A DNA stretch of 63,586 bases, filler included, from Globobulimina sp. (GCA_003354225.1; 29 parts of 29 records of this genome joined end to end with filler, not necessarily neighbours in it), one strand, 5' to 3'; shown: positions 35,153-49,275, numbered from the whole stretch's first letter. Program-made: numbers and translations. The notes: generated by a model not told the origin, from the letters alone.

Positions 35153-37248
35153 GAAAAAAGAGAAACAATTAATTTGATATCGATATGTGGTGAGGATGAG
35201 GAGGATAAATGCAATAAAAACGAGGATGAATTGTGTGTTATTAATGATGTAAATGTATCTAATCCGAGGAAACGGAAACATTGTAATGAAGATGATTATG
35301 TTTATGAGAATGGAATAGAACCACCATCAAAAAGACAAAAAACAGATAGAAATTCTACAATGATAACACCGAAACGGTCGAAAGTAACATTGAGAGCAAG
35401 ATCAAGGTCGAGGGAAAGAAATGAGAACAGTAACAATGATAAATCCGAGAGAGAAGGAAGAATATTTGAATGTAATGACTGCGGTGAAAGATATAATTGC
35501 GAGACAGAACTAAAACAGCATCAAATACATAAACACATCCCACCAATTAATATTGATAATGTTTGTATGAACGATGTTAATAATTCCATAAATATCGTAT
35601 TACGAAAAACACCCAATCCATCAGCAATAAATATAGATATGAATAGAATTAAGGAGACTGTGGGTCCCGTATTATCACAAAGCATACATTCAATAAATAA
35701 TTTAAATGTATCTGTCACAAATATTACAACTATAACACCAACAAACACGCCAGCACCGCCACTCAATAATAATAATAATAATATGCCACTACAACAGCCT
35801 CAACATCAAAATGGATTCCTCCAACTTGGACCATCCATTTCCCCCATTGTATCACAAGAAAATCAGCCAGTAATAAATATCACACATGTTACAAATATAT
35901 CAATCCCTCAAAATGCATCAAATTGTAACTTCGTAATAAATAACAATCCGTCCATCATGATTCCATCAAATGTATTCAGTAATAATGCACTGCCACCAAT
36001 ACCATTGTCAATGGCACCAGAAATAAATACAACTGATTCAAAAATAAATGGTATGGATAATATTGATGATGATAGAGAGTGGACAGTGTCAGAAATTAAA
36101 TCAGGCAAAAGGATAAATGTTAAAATTGAGTTAATCATTGGATATGATTTATATAACCATGGATTAGCAGTAAACGGTCAAACTTTATTAAATTCAATGA
36201 TTGAATATTTTGCGAGTTATTTCGATGACGTATTAATTGATAAAAGTGATACACAATGTCCATTTTACAGCATATATACAAGAGATTGTTTTGATTTGCC
36301 ATTAACAAAAATATCAAAAAAAGAAACCGTAAAAGGTCGCACATTTACAAAAAATGAGTTTTATATGCAACAATCAATGAATTTATGTCCAGATTATTTA
36401 TATTGGACTCTTCACCATAATAATCATCATACTTTTAATTCGTGGTCGGATGCGCACAGAGATACAAATCGAACATCAGGAAGGACTCATTCTGTTGATC
36501 CTGAATCAAATGATTTTCCTGCCGATGCTGAACAAAGTGATAATTTTATGGATGTTTCAGAGGCAGATTCAGATTCAGATTCAGCTGACGATGGATATGA
36601 CTATGACTATAATGAAGATTATACAGTAAATTCACAATCAAATTTTGATGAAAACGATTTAAAAATGGCCGATAAAGATAATAATAATAATACATCAAAT
36701 GACACTGATAATGATATACAAATGGCGAATAATATAAATTGCGATGAAATTGAACGAAATGAAACAATGAATGAGGAAGATTGTACAGTGAATACACAAT
36801 CTGATTTTGATGAAAATGATTTAAAAATGGCAGATAAAGCAAAATCAAATACAAATGACACTGATAATGACATAGAAATGGAGAATAATATAAATTGTGA
36901 TGAAATTGATGTAAATGAAACCATAAACAATATGAAACAAGAAATAGTGGATGAAGATGATGAGATAAGTGAGGAAGAGGAGATAAGTGAGGCAGTTGGC
37001 GAAGCAGTAATGGATCGTATACGTAATGCAAAAATCCGTGACCGCATGATATGGGGCAAAAAATGTGTATGTATTGGCGCTGTTGCCTATCCTGACTTAT
37101 TTACCGACGATGAATTAAAAGAAATGGAAAACGCATTGGATACATTACAAGAACGCGCTCAACAAAATTTACATAAAAAATATACATCACAAAGCACGCT
37201 GTCACGGCGCGGGATATTAGTCAGAACCAAGCATTTTTTTGGTGCGAG
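35153..37248 (+). CDS. C2H2 zinc-finger, low-complexity protein with the start of an ALKBH5-like 2OG-Fe(II) domain; partial at both ends
   Basis: FECNDCGERYNCETELKQHQIHKH; LFTDDELKEMENALDTLQERAQQNLHKKYT..RTKHFFG resembles ALKBH5 LFSQDEC..IE..RAEKGLY..RNKYFFG. Confidence 0.65.
36611..36925 (+). repeat. In-frame tandem duplication (2 x ~52 aa, acidic)
   Basis: EDYTVNSQSNFDENDLKMADK..NINCDEI repeated as EDCTVNTQSDFDENDLKMADK..NINCDEI. Confidence 0.9.
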
Positions 37249-37739
37249 NNNNNNNNNNNNNNNNNNNNNNNNNNNNNNNNNNNNNNNNNNNNTTAATTAA
37301 TTAANNNNNNNNNNNNNNNNNNNNNNNNNNNNNNNNNNNNNNNNNNNNTTGCAATCTCATTCCCTTGCTGTGCCATCTGAGTTGATTTGAGCATAGTGAT
37401 CGACGTTTGTCAGTTGTGTGTGAATGGATATTTGGATTTCCAAATAAGAGTAATTGTAAACAAAAGAATAAAAGGGTTTTTACTTTGTTGATGAAAGTGT
37501 AGTGACTTTGAGCCTGTCACGGAATGACTATATGTTGGATAGGACAAACAACATTATATGAGTACAGGATACGAGGATACAGGTAAATTTCGCAGCTGAT
37601 ATTGCATTGAATTTTATGTTCTCGCAATTCCGCTCTTTATTTGTTCCGTGCAATCCCGCTCTTTATTTTACTATCAATTATCAGTAACACATCATCACGG
37701 ACATTGATACCAATCTTCTGAGCAAACAAAAACAAGATC

Positions 37740-39098
37740 ATGCTTTCTCATTTAATTGTACTGTGTTCCTCTATGTTGATAGCAATGCATTGTACAACCC
37801 ACCATTCAACAGAAGAAACAGAATTGATTCAACAAATTGAACACGTTCAAAATGGAGATGATATCAGTGAAATATTAAAGGACATCATTGGTTTACCATA
37901 CTCTGCTGCTGTTTACATAAAAGCATGTGATAAATATCACGATTTGATGCTACTATCAAACACTGCACAAACTTCTCAACAAAGTGATCTCGAGACAACA
38001 AGTTTTATTACCAATTTGTTGGAAGATTTGTTGGGAAAAAAATCATTTTCAATAATTTTGCATTTGATTAATGCATTTATGGACCAGTTTGATTACCATC
38101 AAATTGCATCAAAATGGGAAACAATACACAATGAAGCCTTATTAGGTCACATTGCGAAAGAGATACATTTTGATGTTGAACGCAATGGAATGGATTTATT
38201 ATCAAACGTATTATCACAATGGTGTTTAATCGGAGATGATCATGAATCAGAACTCTGCGATTGGGCTTTGAAGTGTTTTCAAGAGGCTTTATCCAAACAG
38301 CCAAACGATATCGATCTCAGACTTGCCACGATTCGATCTTTAGTGGTTAAGTTATTACCCAAAGACAGTTTGGATCTGACAGTCATCAAAACTCTTTTCC
38401 ATTCAATCAGTGTGCAGCGAATTGGGAGTGTGCAGCAAATCGTGTTCGAATCCATTGAGATGGCGGCACAAACAACAAACATGCAAACTCAGTTTGAGTT
38501 ATGGAGTAAGTTACTTTCGGCATTAGAATGGGCAGAGAACAGTATGACAGAAGCAGTGCAAACAAAGATGAGTCAAGATATGTGGAGATATTTGTGTCAA
38601 TTGGATATTATGGCCACTGTTAAACTCTATGATCAAATGCATTTTTATAATTTGTATACAGCAGCAGAAGCTCATCAACATATAATGTCCAGAATTGGTT
38701 GTTGGTCATCAGTTTTTTTTCGTCCAGAATTGAATTGGTATGATTTTGTTGGGTTTGATATTCGTTCAACTGAATATTTGATGCATTATTTGATTGGATG
38801 TAAATTAATGTATTGGCCGAATGAATGGTTAAATTATTTGGATGCGAGTGATGAACAAAGGGAGGTCATAAGGAATATGCTTCCGAAACATGGTTATCAT
38901 GAATATGCTGAAAAGCAGAGTGGGGTTGCAATTGGAGAAGGAAATAAAACAAAATTTGTAACAGCCAAAGAAGAAAAGAAGAAAAAAAGTAACAGCCAAA
39001 GAAGACTCAGAAGAAGACGGGCAACGCCGAGCATACAAATAAAAACGCCGAGCATACAAATCAATGAAAACGAAATACAAATTACAAATACGATATGA
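37740..39098 (+). CDS. Hypothetical alpha-helical protein with signal-like N-terminus and basic C-terminus
   Basis: Intact 452-aa ORF; no recognisable motif. Confidence 0.6.
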   Translation: MLSHLIVLCSSMLIAMHCTTHHSTEETELIQQIEHVQNGDDISEILKDIIGLPYSAAVYIKACDKYHDLMLLSNTAQTSQQSDLETTSFITNLLEDLLGKKSFSIILHLINAFMDQFDYHQIASKWETIHNEALLGHIAKEIHFDVERNGMDLLSNVLSQWCLIGDDHESELCDWALKCFQEALSKQPNDIDLRLATIRSLVVKLLPKDSLDLTVIKTLFHSISVQRIGSVQQIVFESIEMAAQTTNMQTQFELWSKLLSALEWAENSMTEAVQTKMSQDMWRYLCQLDIMATVKLYDQMHFYNLYTAAEAHQHIMSRIGCWSSVFFRPELNWYDFVGFDIRSTEYLMHYLIGCKLMYWPNEWLNYLDASDEQREVIRNMLPKHGYHEYAEKQSGVAIGEGNKTKFVTAKEEKKKKSNSQRRLRRRRATPSIQIKTPSIQINENEIQITNTI

Positions 39099-39906
39099 AT
39101 CATATTTAAAGTAATTTACAAATTCAGTTTGATTTATCACATTTTCAAAACGCACTTTCCACTCAAAATTTTTTTGTTACTTTCGGGCACAGTTTGATAA
39201 ATTAAATATGCTCACTCAGTTCAGTACTCTTGAAATCAACCTATTCATCCTCAGGAACCTGAATAATGTTTAATATTAATATAAAAATAAACGTAAAGTT
39301 ATTTTACTTCAGTGTTGTTACTCAGATTTCAAAAGATGGCGTCAAATTCAACGTTAATATGTGTATACGTTAATATGTGTGCGACTACATCTTATGTACA
39401 CATATAACAACAGGGCTATTATGACAGTACCGCAGATAACAGATNNNNNNNNNNNNNNNNNNNNNNNNNNNNNNNNNNNNNNNNNNNNTTAATTAATTAA
39501 NNNNNNNNNNNNNNNNNNNNNNNNNNNNNNNNNNNNNNNNNNNNTCATCTCTGATGCTTTAAATATGATAAATTAATAAATGCACTTTATGTTTTTTTTA
39601 AATATTAGCATATACAACAAAAGAGAAAAGAAAACAAAAAAAGGGATGAAATTTATATTTATATTTATACAGAGACTGTCACTTAAAATATCATTTAAAT
39701 ATGGTTCAAGTTCAAAAAAAAAATATGTTAAACATGATACCGAATGGATGGCGTATTTGGCGCAAATAGCTACTCCACATATCATGCACCAATAACATGG
39801 CACCAATATCATGTTCAATCCATTGATCATAAACCATGTTCAAGTGACAGGCTCCAATTATTTTACACAAAAAAAAGGAAAATATTATAATTATGCATGT
39901 ATATAT

Positions 39907-41640
39907 TTATAATTTTGTAACATTCCCCGTGCCTTCATTTGTATTTTCCGGACAATTATCTCTATAAAAATAATGTTTTTTAATCCATCTCCACGTGAAA
40001 TTAATGCGTGCTTTATTGATATAAATGGATTTGGGCACTCGATGTAAATAATGCTTTTGAAATAAACCTTCCATTGTCATCAAGTCGCCATTATGTAAAA
40101 TAATTTGCTTAATATCCAACTTTTCCTTTAAAATGATATCATTCGAATGCTTATTGTCTTGTAATTTTATTTCAAATTTGCGCGACTGTCCCAACGACAA
40201 ACTAATGATTAAACAGTCATTGTGCTTCGATTGAAATAGACCCTCATCGTCAGAGTGCCAACCAACTGAATCTACTCCGTTTTCATACCAATTTACGTTG
40301 CATGCATTTGGCTCATATTCGAACTTTAAACCCGTTTCAGATAAAACTCGCTCAGTTATTTGCTTGAACCATGCCGGGAATATGATTGGTTTCCATTTGG
40401 TTTGGCTGTATCGATAACAGCAGCGACAATTTTCAGAGACCAACCAGGCCGCTTTCCGAGGCAAACTGCGGCCATTATGCAATTTGGGACGAACCCATTT
40501 GATGCCACCAGACAAACCATTCGAATCTGTCATCAAATTCCACCACAAATCTAACTCCTTTTTACTAAATGGATTTGCTTTGTAACCAGCAAATGATCGC
40601 CGATTAATATCATTTGACACCATATTCCATCCATCATTGGCACAAACTAAAAATAATGGCTTCTCAGTCAAATTTAATTCAATTTTATCATTGATGGTTT
40701 TCTCATTTTCAATGTCATTATCTGCAGACGATGAACATGATGAAATTGCCGATAATCGAATATCTGAAAATGAGCCATCGATATCTTTATCCGTATCAGA
40801 TTCACTTTTCTCAGTCTTTGTTTAATTTTAATCCGTAAAGCAAAGTTTTTTTGAGTGTAGTAACGTAATTTCGGCATGGCACATTTTTTATATACTCCGC
40901 GAAAATTACCTTACACAATCAATCAATATAAAAAATGCTTTTACGCTGTGCGATTTTTACCTGTTTTACTGTGTTATCTTTTTTTTTGTCTTGATATTCA
41001 ATTATTTTCTGTTTCTGTTCAATTTTTAATTTTTCCATTTGTTTTTCTTCTTTTTCTTTTTCTTGTTGTTTTTGAATCATTTCATGATTTTCATCATATT
41101 TATTTATATTATTCCGAGTACGAGTTTGATAAACAGTGTCGCTGTCATGATCATATTGTGGCGAAATTCGTAAATATGTCTTATTTCTATGTCGATGTAG
41201 TTGATAATCATTATTATTCCTATTATATCGCCTATTATTATTATTGTACCTGTTATTGTACCTATCATAGTACCTGTTATGACACCTATTGTTATACCTA
41301 TTGTTATCGCTGTATCTTCGATTCTGATTATTAGGATGATATTGTCGGTGAGATGAGTGCGTTGGCACTGATATCGATGTACCAAACCGTTGCATGCGTT
41401 TTCTTCGCTTCTCTTCATAATATTCCATACTATAATTCTTATTTCGTAACGCATTCTCAATGTCGTCATGTTTGTAGCCATATTTTGTGTGCGATAGTGG
41501 TGGCTGTCCATGTCCATGTCGTGCCACTTTAACATAACTTGGATCTGAATGGCTTGAATGTGAATGTTTTTCATGTCGGATCCAATGAACATTATTCTTT
41601 GATGCAGCTCTAAAGCGATGTGCTGATTCTTTTTCATTCC
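39907..41640 (-). CDS. ALKBH2/3-type dioxygenase with long low-complexity N-terminus; intron 40816-40960
   Basis: PNACNVNWYENGVDSVGWHSDDE, IISLSLGQSRKF, LHNGDLMTM..HRVPK..RINFTWR; GTAAAA...CAAAG intron joins the two ORFs in phase 0. Confidence 0.88.
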
Positions 41641-42221
41641 NNNNNNNNNNNNNNNNNNNNNNNNNNNNNNNNNNNNNNNNNNNNTTAATTAATTAANNNN
41701 NNNNNNNNNNNNNNNNNNNNNNNNNNNNNNNNNNNNNNNNCGATCTGTTTTGATATCATTACACTCCGTTTCTCGATTTATCGTAATGTTTTCGGCAACG
41801 TTTTCCGAGTCAAATGTATTTGCCATCCGTTCATCGGATAATACCATATTTACCATATCATTAATCTCGCTGTCTGGTATCATGATTGATTTGTTTTCCT
41901 TCACATCGTTATGATATCGATCATGGCCATGGCTATGGTCTCCGATATTTATTGATATTGTTGCAAGATCCAGTTCAATGTCAGGGGTTGATATCAGATC
42001 CAAATCATTAAATACATGCTCTTCAATTTCTCCTATTTTTGTTCCCGATGTTGTTTCTTTAGTCTGTTTTTATTTAGCAATTCTGAATTTATATTATATT
42101 AAATGCTTTTGTAAAGTAAATATAGTGAATAGTACCACAACATGTTGATTTGTAAAATAAGAGAAATAATCCATCATTTTTTAAATACAAAGTATACAAA
42201 CAAAAAAGATCTATTTAAACC

Positions 42222-42995
42222 ATGGGCTCCAAAACATCAAAACTAGCCAAAAGGGTCGCAAAATCTCAACACCGTGCGATATCACCACGCGAACGCATGG
42301 AAAAGATGCCAAACTTATCAAGCGGCGCACCCTCATTGCGACATAACTTAGGTGCATTACACGGAGTAGACATGAAAGAAGCGGATAAGTTTCGCAATGA
42401 TTGGTTTCCAAATGCGATGTGGGAACAGTATCCGGTCCGCGGTGACATTCAAGAAATGGCGCAGGAAAAGGCAGCATATGCCCCGATATACGCGGAGCCG
42501 GACCCAAGCATTCCATCATTGGCAGAGGAGAAGGACAATGCGGACCTCATTCAAGAAATGACGTTTATTGGTAAAGGGATAACCCCGGGACCCGACAAAT
42601 CGACACAGTTTCCACGTTTACATCGCGATGAAAATAGAATGCCAAAATCGAGGGTGTCTTTACCGGAAAAGAAGTTGAAAGGATATTTGGATGCAAATCA
42701 ATTGAAGGAATTGTTTGAATTATCTCAAAACTTTTCAGTGGAGGAACTATCCATAAAATTTGAGACTATGGAACAGCAAATTGAGGATATATTGAAATAT
42801 ACGCAATGGGTCCAGCAGCCCGCAACTTCCATCTTGGAAGTGCACTCTACGACGGATGAGCAGACTGACGTAAACAGAGAAAAGCAGCGCATGCATGAGC
42901 AACATGTGGCAAACTTGCATAAACCTAATCAAGGCGGCCAGAACCCTTTTGAACAAACGCCTGTGTCTGCCGATACCAGTAACTTTAAACAATAA
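42222..42995 (+). CDS. NDUFAF4-like complex I assembly factor (tentative)
   Basis: MG N-terminus; KGYLDANQLKELF..FSVEELSIKF..QIEDILKY helix pattern. Confidence 0.5.
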   Translation: MGSKTSKLAKRVAKSQHRAISPRERMEKMPNLSSGAPSLRHNLGALHGVDMKEADKFRNDWFPNAMWEQYPVRGDIQEMAQEKAAYAPIYAEPDPSIPSLAEEKDNADLIQEMTFIGKGITPGPDKSTQFPRLHRDENRMPKSRVSLPEKKLKGYLDANQLKELFELSQNFSVEELSIKFETMEQQIEDILKYTQWVQQPATSILEVHSTTDEQTDVNREKQRMHEQHVANLHKPNQGGQNPFEQTPVSADTSNFKQ

Positions 42996-43027
42996 TTCAA
43001 TTGACTAGTGCCAACTAACTTTTTTAA

Positions 43028-43836
43028 ATGTTACAATCAAAAACGATGTTAGAAAGCCCTAATCAGAGCATGATGTACAGAAAACAAGAAAGAAAAAGCT
43101 CTTGTTCTGAACAGAAAGACGTGCAAACTGATCTTTATATTACAAACATACCATCACAATGGACTGATAGTGATTTAACGAGTTATTTTGCAAAATTCGA
43201 ACCAATGCGTTGTCATATTTTAGTGAATCAAAATACAGGTTTTGCTAATTTTTTGAGACACCAACAAGCCTTTGCCGCATTAACAGAATACCACAACAAA
43301 CGACCGTTTCCCTCGGCAATGCCATTATGGATTAAATTTGCACGAAAATCTCGGCCCAAACCAGGTCGAGGAATGGGAATAAATCATAATACGTTTTGGA
43401 TAAAAACTAAAAACGAGTCGACGGGACGAATTAAACCAGAAAGGGATTTAAACAAATTACAAGAACTAATGGTTACAAATCCAGATAATGCAGCATTTCA
43501 TTATGAATATAGTTTAGGAATTGCGTGCTTATTGGACTCAAAAAGTAAAACAATTAATAATCCAAATCTTGTTCCAGAATGGCTAAAACATATAAATATT
43601 GCAATAGATTTAAGTAAAAAAACACGTCAAAACAATAAACCAACATTTGCATGGATTGCAAGAAAAATTGAATTTTGTATTCATCTCTACCAAACAAACG
43701 AAAATTGTCACAATATCGATATTGAAGATTTATTACAATTTGCATGGAATGCAGTGGTTAATTATGATGAATATTATTTTTATTTATCATATCTGACGTT
43801 GCTTTATGTGAGTCAACGTGAAGAATTACTGACTGA
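43028..43836 (+). CDS. RRM plus TPR-like helical protein, 3' partial
   Basis: RNP2 LYITNIP, RNP1-like TGFANF, PLWIKFA; NPDNAAFHYEY. Confidence 0.7.
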
Positions 43837-43936
43837 NNNNNNNNNNNNNNNNNNNNNNNNNNNNNNNNNNNNNNNNNNNNTTAATTAATTAANNNNNNNN
43901 NNNNNNNNNNNNNNNNNNNNNNNNNNNNNNNNNNNN

Positions 43937-44980
43937 TTGCTGCTCTTCGTCATTTGGTTTGTGTTGATTATACACATTTAAATGACAATAATTAATAAAT
44001 TGACAACAACCAACATGCAAAATATGTGCCAATGCAGATACGTCTCCAACAAACGATAAGTCACAACTTTTATTCGCAGACCAATTAAGCGATATTTCTA
44101 ATACTGTTTTCTTTGCCAAATAAGCGCCGGTTTTAAACGAGGTCACAGTATAAATATTTGATGTGGTTCCTTGCGGGAATATGACTAATGGAGCTCTGCT
44201 AAAATCATTTGCATGGTCAATAATTTGCTGTTTTGCATAATTTCTTCCCGATGCTCCACTTCTATCGATCCATAATGTTTGTAATGCATTTAAAATGCGA
44301 CCAAATATTGGAGTAGCACTTAGTTCTTTTTTTGCTGCGATAATACCATTGGTTTTCCATAAAATTACTAATCCATCAAATATTGTACTGTGGTTTGCTA
44401 CAATTACACGAATTGGTTCGTCATTATTGCTATGAGTTTGACGCCGTGAATCTGAATAATCAATGAAATAAAAACCAAATAAAAATAAACCACAACCAAT
44501 CCAAAAGCGAATAAGTCTGATTAATTGGGAATGGATAAAGCCATTCGACGGTACACAGATTGTAATTAGCAACGATAGTAAATATATTCCGAGTGCGGAT
44601 ACAAAAAATAAAATAAATCGAAATAATGCGATTCCAGTGATACAGAAGAAATATATTTTAAATCTTTCATAAGTTGATAGTTTTTTAATGGTAAACGGAT
44701 TTGGTCCTTGGTAATGTGGTAAACGTGTTTGTAATTTCGATGTTTCATCATCATTTGGAATATTTGAGTTAGATTCATCATCATTTAATGCATGCGATGA
44801 ATATACGTATTTTTTGTGCATGCGATGAATACTGGAGCCAGACTCATTTTGTGTGTTGGTGATGTAGGTATAATGTGGTGCTTTATCATATTGTTTGATT
44901 GTCCACCTTGCAATGAATAATCCAATTGTTGCTATTGCAACAGAAATGCTTGACAATACTGCGAAGTACGAAAACGCCAT
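43937..44980 (-). CDS. Lysophospholipid acyltransferase (LPCAT/LPEAT), 3' partial
   Basis: VANHSTIFD (HxxxxD), WIDR, VIFPQGTTSN, FKTGA. Confidence 0.9.
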
Positions 44981-45036
44981 GTTGAAAAATGAAAAACTAT
45001 TAAAGTGAAAATAACGTTTTTCAGAATTATTAGACC

Positions 45037-46031
45037 ATGGCTGCAGTAAACAGTGAACTGATATCAACAACACTCAAATACAAATGGAGAATTCCCTCAC
45101 TTTCCACTCTTAAAAAATATTTGTTATGTGATGCTTATATTAGAATGAATTATCATAAATATATCACAACAGCTATTATAAAATTATGCGCATTATATTA
45201 TACAAATGATCCATATTCATTGCAAGACATCAAAGAGCGGACACAGCCATCATTCCAGAGTCCCATTATATCAATGCAAGGCTTAAAATGGTATTTCGAA
45301 CTCAAAATAGATTCTGACGACGTTATCTGCACTGCTTACATGATAGCCTTCCCTCACAATGCAAAACATTTCAATGTATTAAGTATTCTAAAAGCAGCAC
45401 ATATATCACCCCAATCCGATCCAACAGCACTTGTATTAAATAAATATGGACATAGCATAATCAATAATGAACCATTCAAATTAAGTGATATCACTCATTT
45501 ACAACAATTGTGCATTGACTTTGAAATCGATATATTGTCAGTATTTGGTAAACATAACAATAGAATCTCCAATTACTTTGACAAATGTATGTACGGTATC
45601 ACCCCAATACAATTACCAATGGTTGATTGTACCTGGACCATCTCCAAAAAGTTACAACTTCAATGCATACAAAACGCCACAAAAAGAACATATTTATTAA
45701 GTCCAATTTATAAGTTTGGTGTTTTCAGGTTTTGTTTAAAATTTTATCCAAATGTAAAGAATGGGAGTTGTATCTGCTATTTAGCAATACTTGGATTTCC
45801 AATGGGCATAAAACAAATATCGGTGCATGGAATATTATGCTTAAAAGAAACAGAGACAATGTGCTATATTACAGATAGAATATTTACATTAAGTTCCAAT
45901 TCCTGGGGATGGAGAGCTCGGCGATTAAAATATACTGAAATAAAAAAGTTAAAAGAAGTGACATTAACTACACAGTTTAGTATTGTTGAAGTATATGAAA
46001 ATGATACAGATTTTATACCAAATTATGCGGA
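45037..46031 (+). CDS. Tandem MATH/TRAF-like domain protein, 3' partial
   Basis: Repeated W-I...SPI..GLKWYFEL and SPIYKFGVFRFCLKFYPN, SWGW. Confidence 0.6.
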
Positions 46032-46327
46032 NNNNNNNNNNNNNNNNNNNNNNNNNNNNNNNNNNNNNNNNNNNNTTAATTAATTAANNNNNNNNNNNNN
46101 NNNNNNNNNNNNNNNNNNNNNNNNNNNNNNNTTTTTGTTTTATAATTTTTAATAATAAGTGTTTTTTTGTATTTTCTTTTTTTTCCTGGATATGTTTTCG
46201 CATTGAAATATTATACAATCGGCTAATCACGCAAATAAAAGATATACAGTTCAGAAAGTTGAGGTATATAATTAAATTAACGGTTTTCTTGGAGTTTTTT
46301 GTTGTTGTATGATATTTGAATCAAGAC

Positions 46328-48226
46328 ATGGCAACAGAAGAACACACAGAAGAAGAAGTGCTACCCTTAGCTGCCACAATATCTCTTGACGATGACGAAA
46401 AAAGTGAATCATTCCACAAAAATGCAGATCTCGAAACAGCAACAGCAACAACAGAACTACCAACCGAAGAAGAAGAAGAAGTGAAACCAATAAATCCACA
46501 AACCTCGATAGAAAAAGATATTATTATCAATATAGATTCCGCTTCAAATGAAATTGAAACAGAAAATAAAAACCAAAATGAAAAGAACAGCATCGACAAA
46601 CTTGACCCCAATGATTTAAGCGCTTTTACATTAATCGACAGGGCACATTCTGATCCATTGGCATTACAATCCAACACCTCACAGATGATGAATAGTGGCG
46701 AAAACAATCCCGATTTAACATTAAACAAACAACGAAATTCTATCTTAGCCTCCCAAAAGAAGCATCATTCCCATGACGACATCCTAAATAAAGCCGAATT
46801 GCTTGATTTTGGAGGCTTTAACATCCGCGAGTTCTCAGTCGAAGTCATTGGCACAAAATATGATATGAAAGAAGAGATTGTAGTGCCGGCCAGAGATAAT
46901 TTAGTGAAAATTCCATTTTATTCCACCCCCTTAACTTTGGAAGCAACCAACAACGCATTTTATGACTTTCGTGAGAGATTGAATGATATGGGATTTATCG
47001 AGCAGGCAGAAGCCGCCTTAATTCATACACAGTGTGAATCCATCGAGAATGCAGTGGCCTTTATATTGCATAATATGGGCGCCATATATCATAGGTTTGG
47101 CAATTCGAATGAGAGGGCATTGGGAGCCATAAATGAACAGAATAAAACATGCACACTTTGTAATGCCTCGTTCGATCAACATTTAATTGATTACAATGGG
47201 AATAAAATAGAAATTGGAATGAATGAAGACAATTATAACCATGATGCGGATATTATTAATTTTGGCGAAGATAGTTTATTAGCGGAAGAATTTCAAGATG
47301 AAAGTGTTAAAATTGAGATTCGAGGAATTGCATTGGATGCGGAGAGAATCAATGAAATTATCCAAAAAACAGAATCACAATTTGCTGCGGCTATAGTTTA
47401 TGACGGAGCGACGGAGCAATGTTTAATATGTTTTGAAGAGAAACCGGTTGATTTTTATATGAAATCTGAATGTGGACATGATAAATATTGCAAACAGTGT
47501 TTAACGCAGCATTATAAAATAAAAACAAAAGATGGTATGTGTGTGTGCCACTGTGTGTGTGTAGTCGTGTTGAGATCCATACAAGTTTACAGTTTACTAG
47601 TCAGTTCCAACATAATTTGTACATAAAATCGTACACTGACTGTAACCTTGAGTTTTTTTTGTGAACCATGTCACTCATTTTTGCCGTGCATCATAACTCA
47701 TCTGTGCGCTATGTATGACACCAAAGCATACTTAGCTAGCTATCTTTGTATGAATATGTAGGCGATGTGTTAAAAGTGAAATGTATTGACCCTTCCTGCG
47801 AACGTGAGATTCGTGAAGAAGAGATATTAAATTTTTTAACAGACGACAAGGATATAAAAGAGAAATTTTTGAAATTTAAACGACAAAAATTATTAATGTT
47901 GAATGAAAATGCGCGGTTTTGCCCCTCTGCGGATTGTGAAGGTTATATGATTGGAAGTAGATTAAAACCAAAGTTAATATGCCCGGAATGTTCCACCATA
48001 ATTTGCTTCAATTGCAGTAAATTATGGCATGGATATTTTACAAAATGTTCATCGGCACAAAATGCAATTCAGTCAGGGCAAAATGAATCGGATAAGAAAT
48101 ATTATCAATGGGAATTGAATAAAGATGTTAAAAAATGCCCAAAATGTAAGATGAGAATTGAAAAAACTGAGGGCTGCAATCATATGACGTGTGTTTCGTG
48201 TAAATATGAATTTTGTTGGGTGTGTA
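46328..48226 (+). CDS. RBR (RING-IBR-RING) E3 ubiquitin ligase with UBA-like domain; intron 47535-47761; 3' partial
   Basis: CLICFE..CGHDKYCKQC; IBR RFCPSADC..CPEC..CFNC..WH; RING2 KKCPKC..IEKTEGCNHMTC. Confidence 0.92.
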
Positions 48227-48326
48227 NNNNNNNNNNNNNNNNNNNNNNNNNNNNNNNNNNNNNNNNNNNNTTAATTAATTAANNNNNNNNNNNNNNNNNN
48301 NNNNNNNNNNNNNNNNNNNNNNNNNN

Positions 48327-49236
48327 GGAAGAGTTTCATTTGGAATTTGTAACACAACCATCGTTACATAACTGTTTGTTTAATATGTTTGAGTTTAATA
48401 AATGTTTAAAAATATTGAAATTAACCCAATGCGGCAATATTAGTATTCAAAAATTACCAAATAATTTACAGGAATTAACTTTAATGAATACATTAATAAA
48501 TATGGATTCATGGAGTAATTTGTCAAAATTAAAGTCTTTAATTATAACAAAATCAGCCAATTTGCATGAGATTGAAAATAATGGCAAATTCTTGCAACTT
48601 CTCGTCAACACATTACCGCCGCAAATATTGGAATCGATTTGTATTTGGGATGGCGAAGAAGAAAATATATTAATAATACAAGAATTGGTTGAAAAGCATA
48701 ATACAGTATTGAATGTGTTTGGTATTGGCGGTCGTATTTGTTTATATCGCCCATTCTCAACTATATTTACCATGGATCATTGCAGAGCTTATCCTCATTT
48801 ACAAATAATTACAGTTTCTTGCTTAGGAAGCGATGAAATCATAGAATTAGTCAAAGCATTCGGTCATCAATTACGCATTTTAGAGATGTTTTGTCCATTT
48901 GTTATGGATGACGAAGAAGATATTTATCATTGGCTATTGGATGATGCCAACATTAAGATATTGTGTCAATCATTAATCAAATTAGAGATTTTAATGTGCC
49001 AAGGCTTCCCTTTGCATATGAAACGATATATGCATAAATGGAATGAATTGAAGCAAACATTTAAAGATCGCTTTAAGGAATACAGGCAAAAAATGAATAT
49101 TCGACAAATTCCGCTTATTTTGTTTGATTTCCACATAGATTTAAATAAAGTATCTTTATGGAGAAAATCGGATATCCGCAAGTATTTGGAAATTAATCAA
49201 CAAGCGTTAGAGTTGAATTTTGGTGAAGGCATTTAA
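48327..49236 (+). CDS. Leucine-rich-repeat (F-box/RNI-like) protein, 5' partial
   Basis: LxxLxL repeats such as LKILKL, LQELTL, LKSLII. Confidence 0.55.
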
Positions 49237-49275
49237 ATTGTAGAAAATAAATAATGTTTTTGTTCAGTATGAGTA

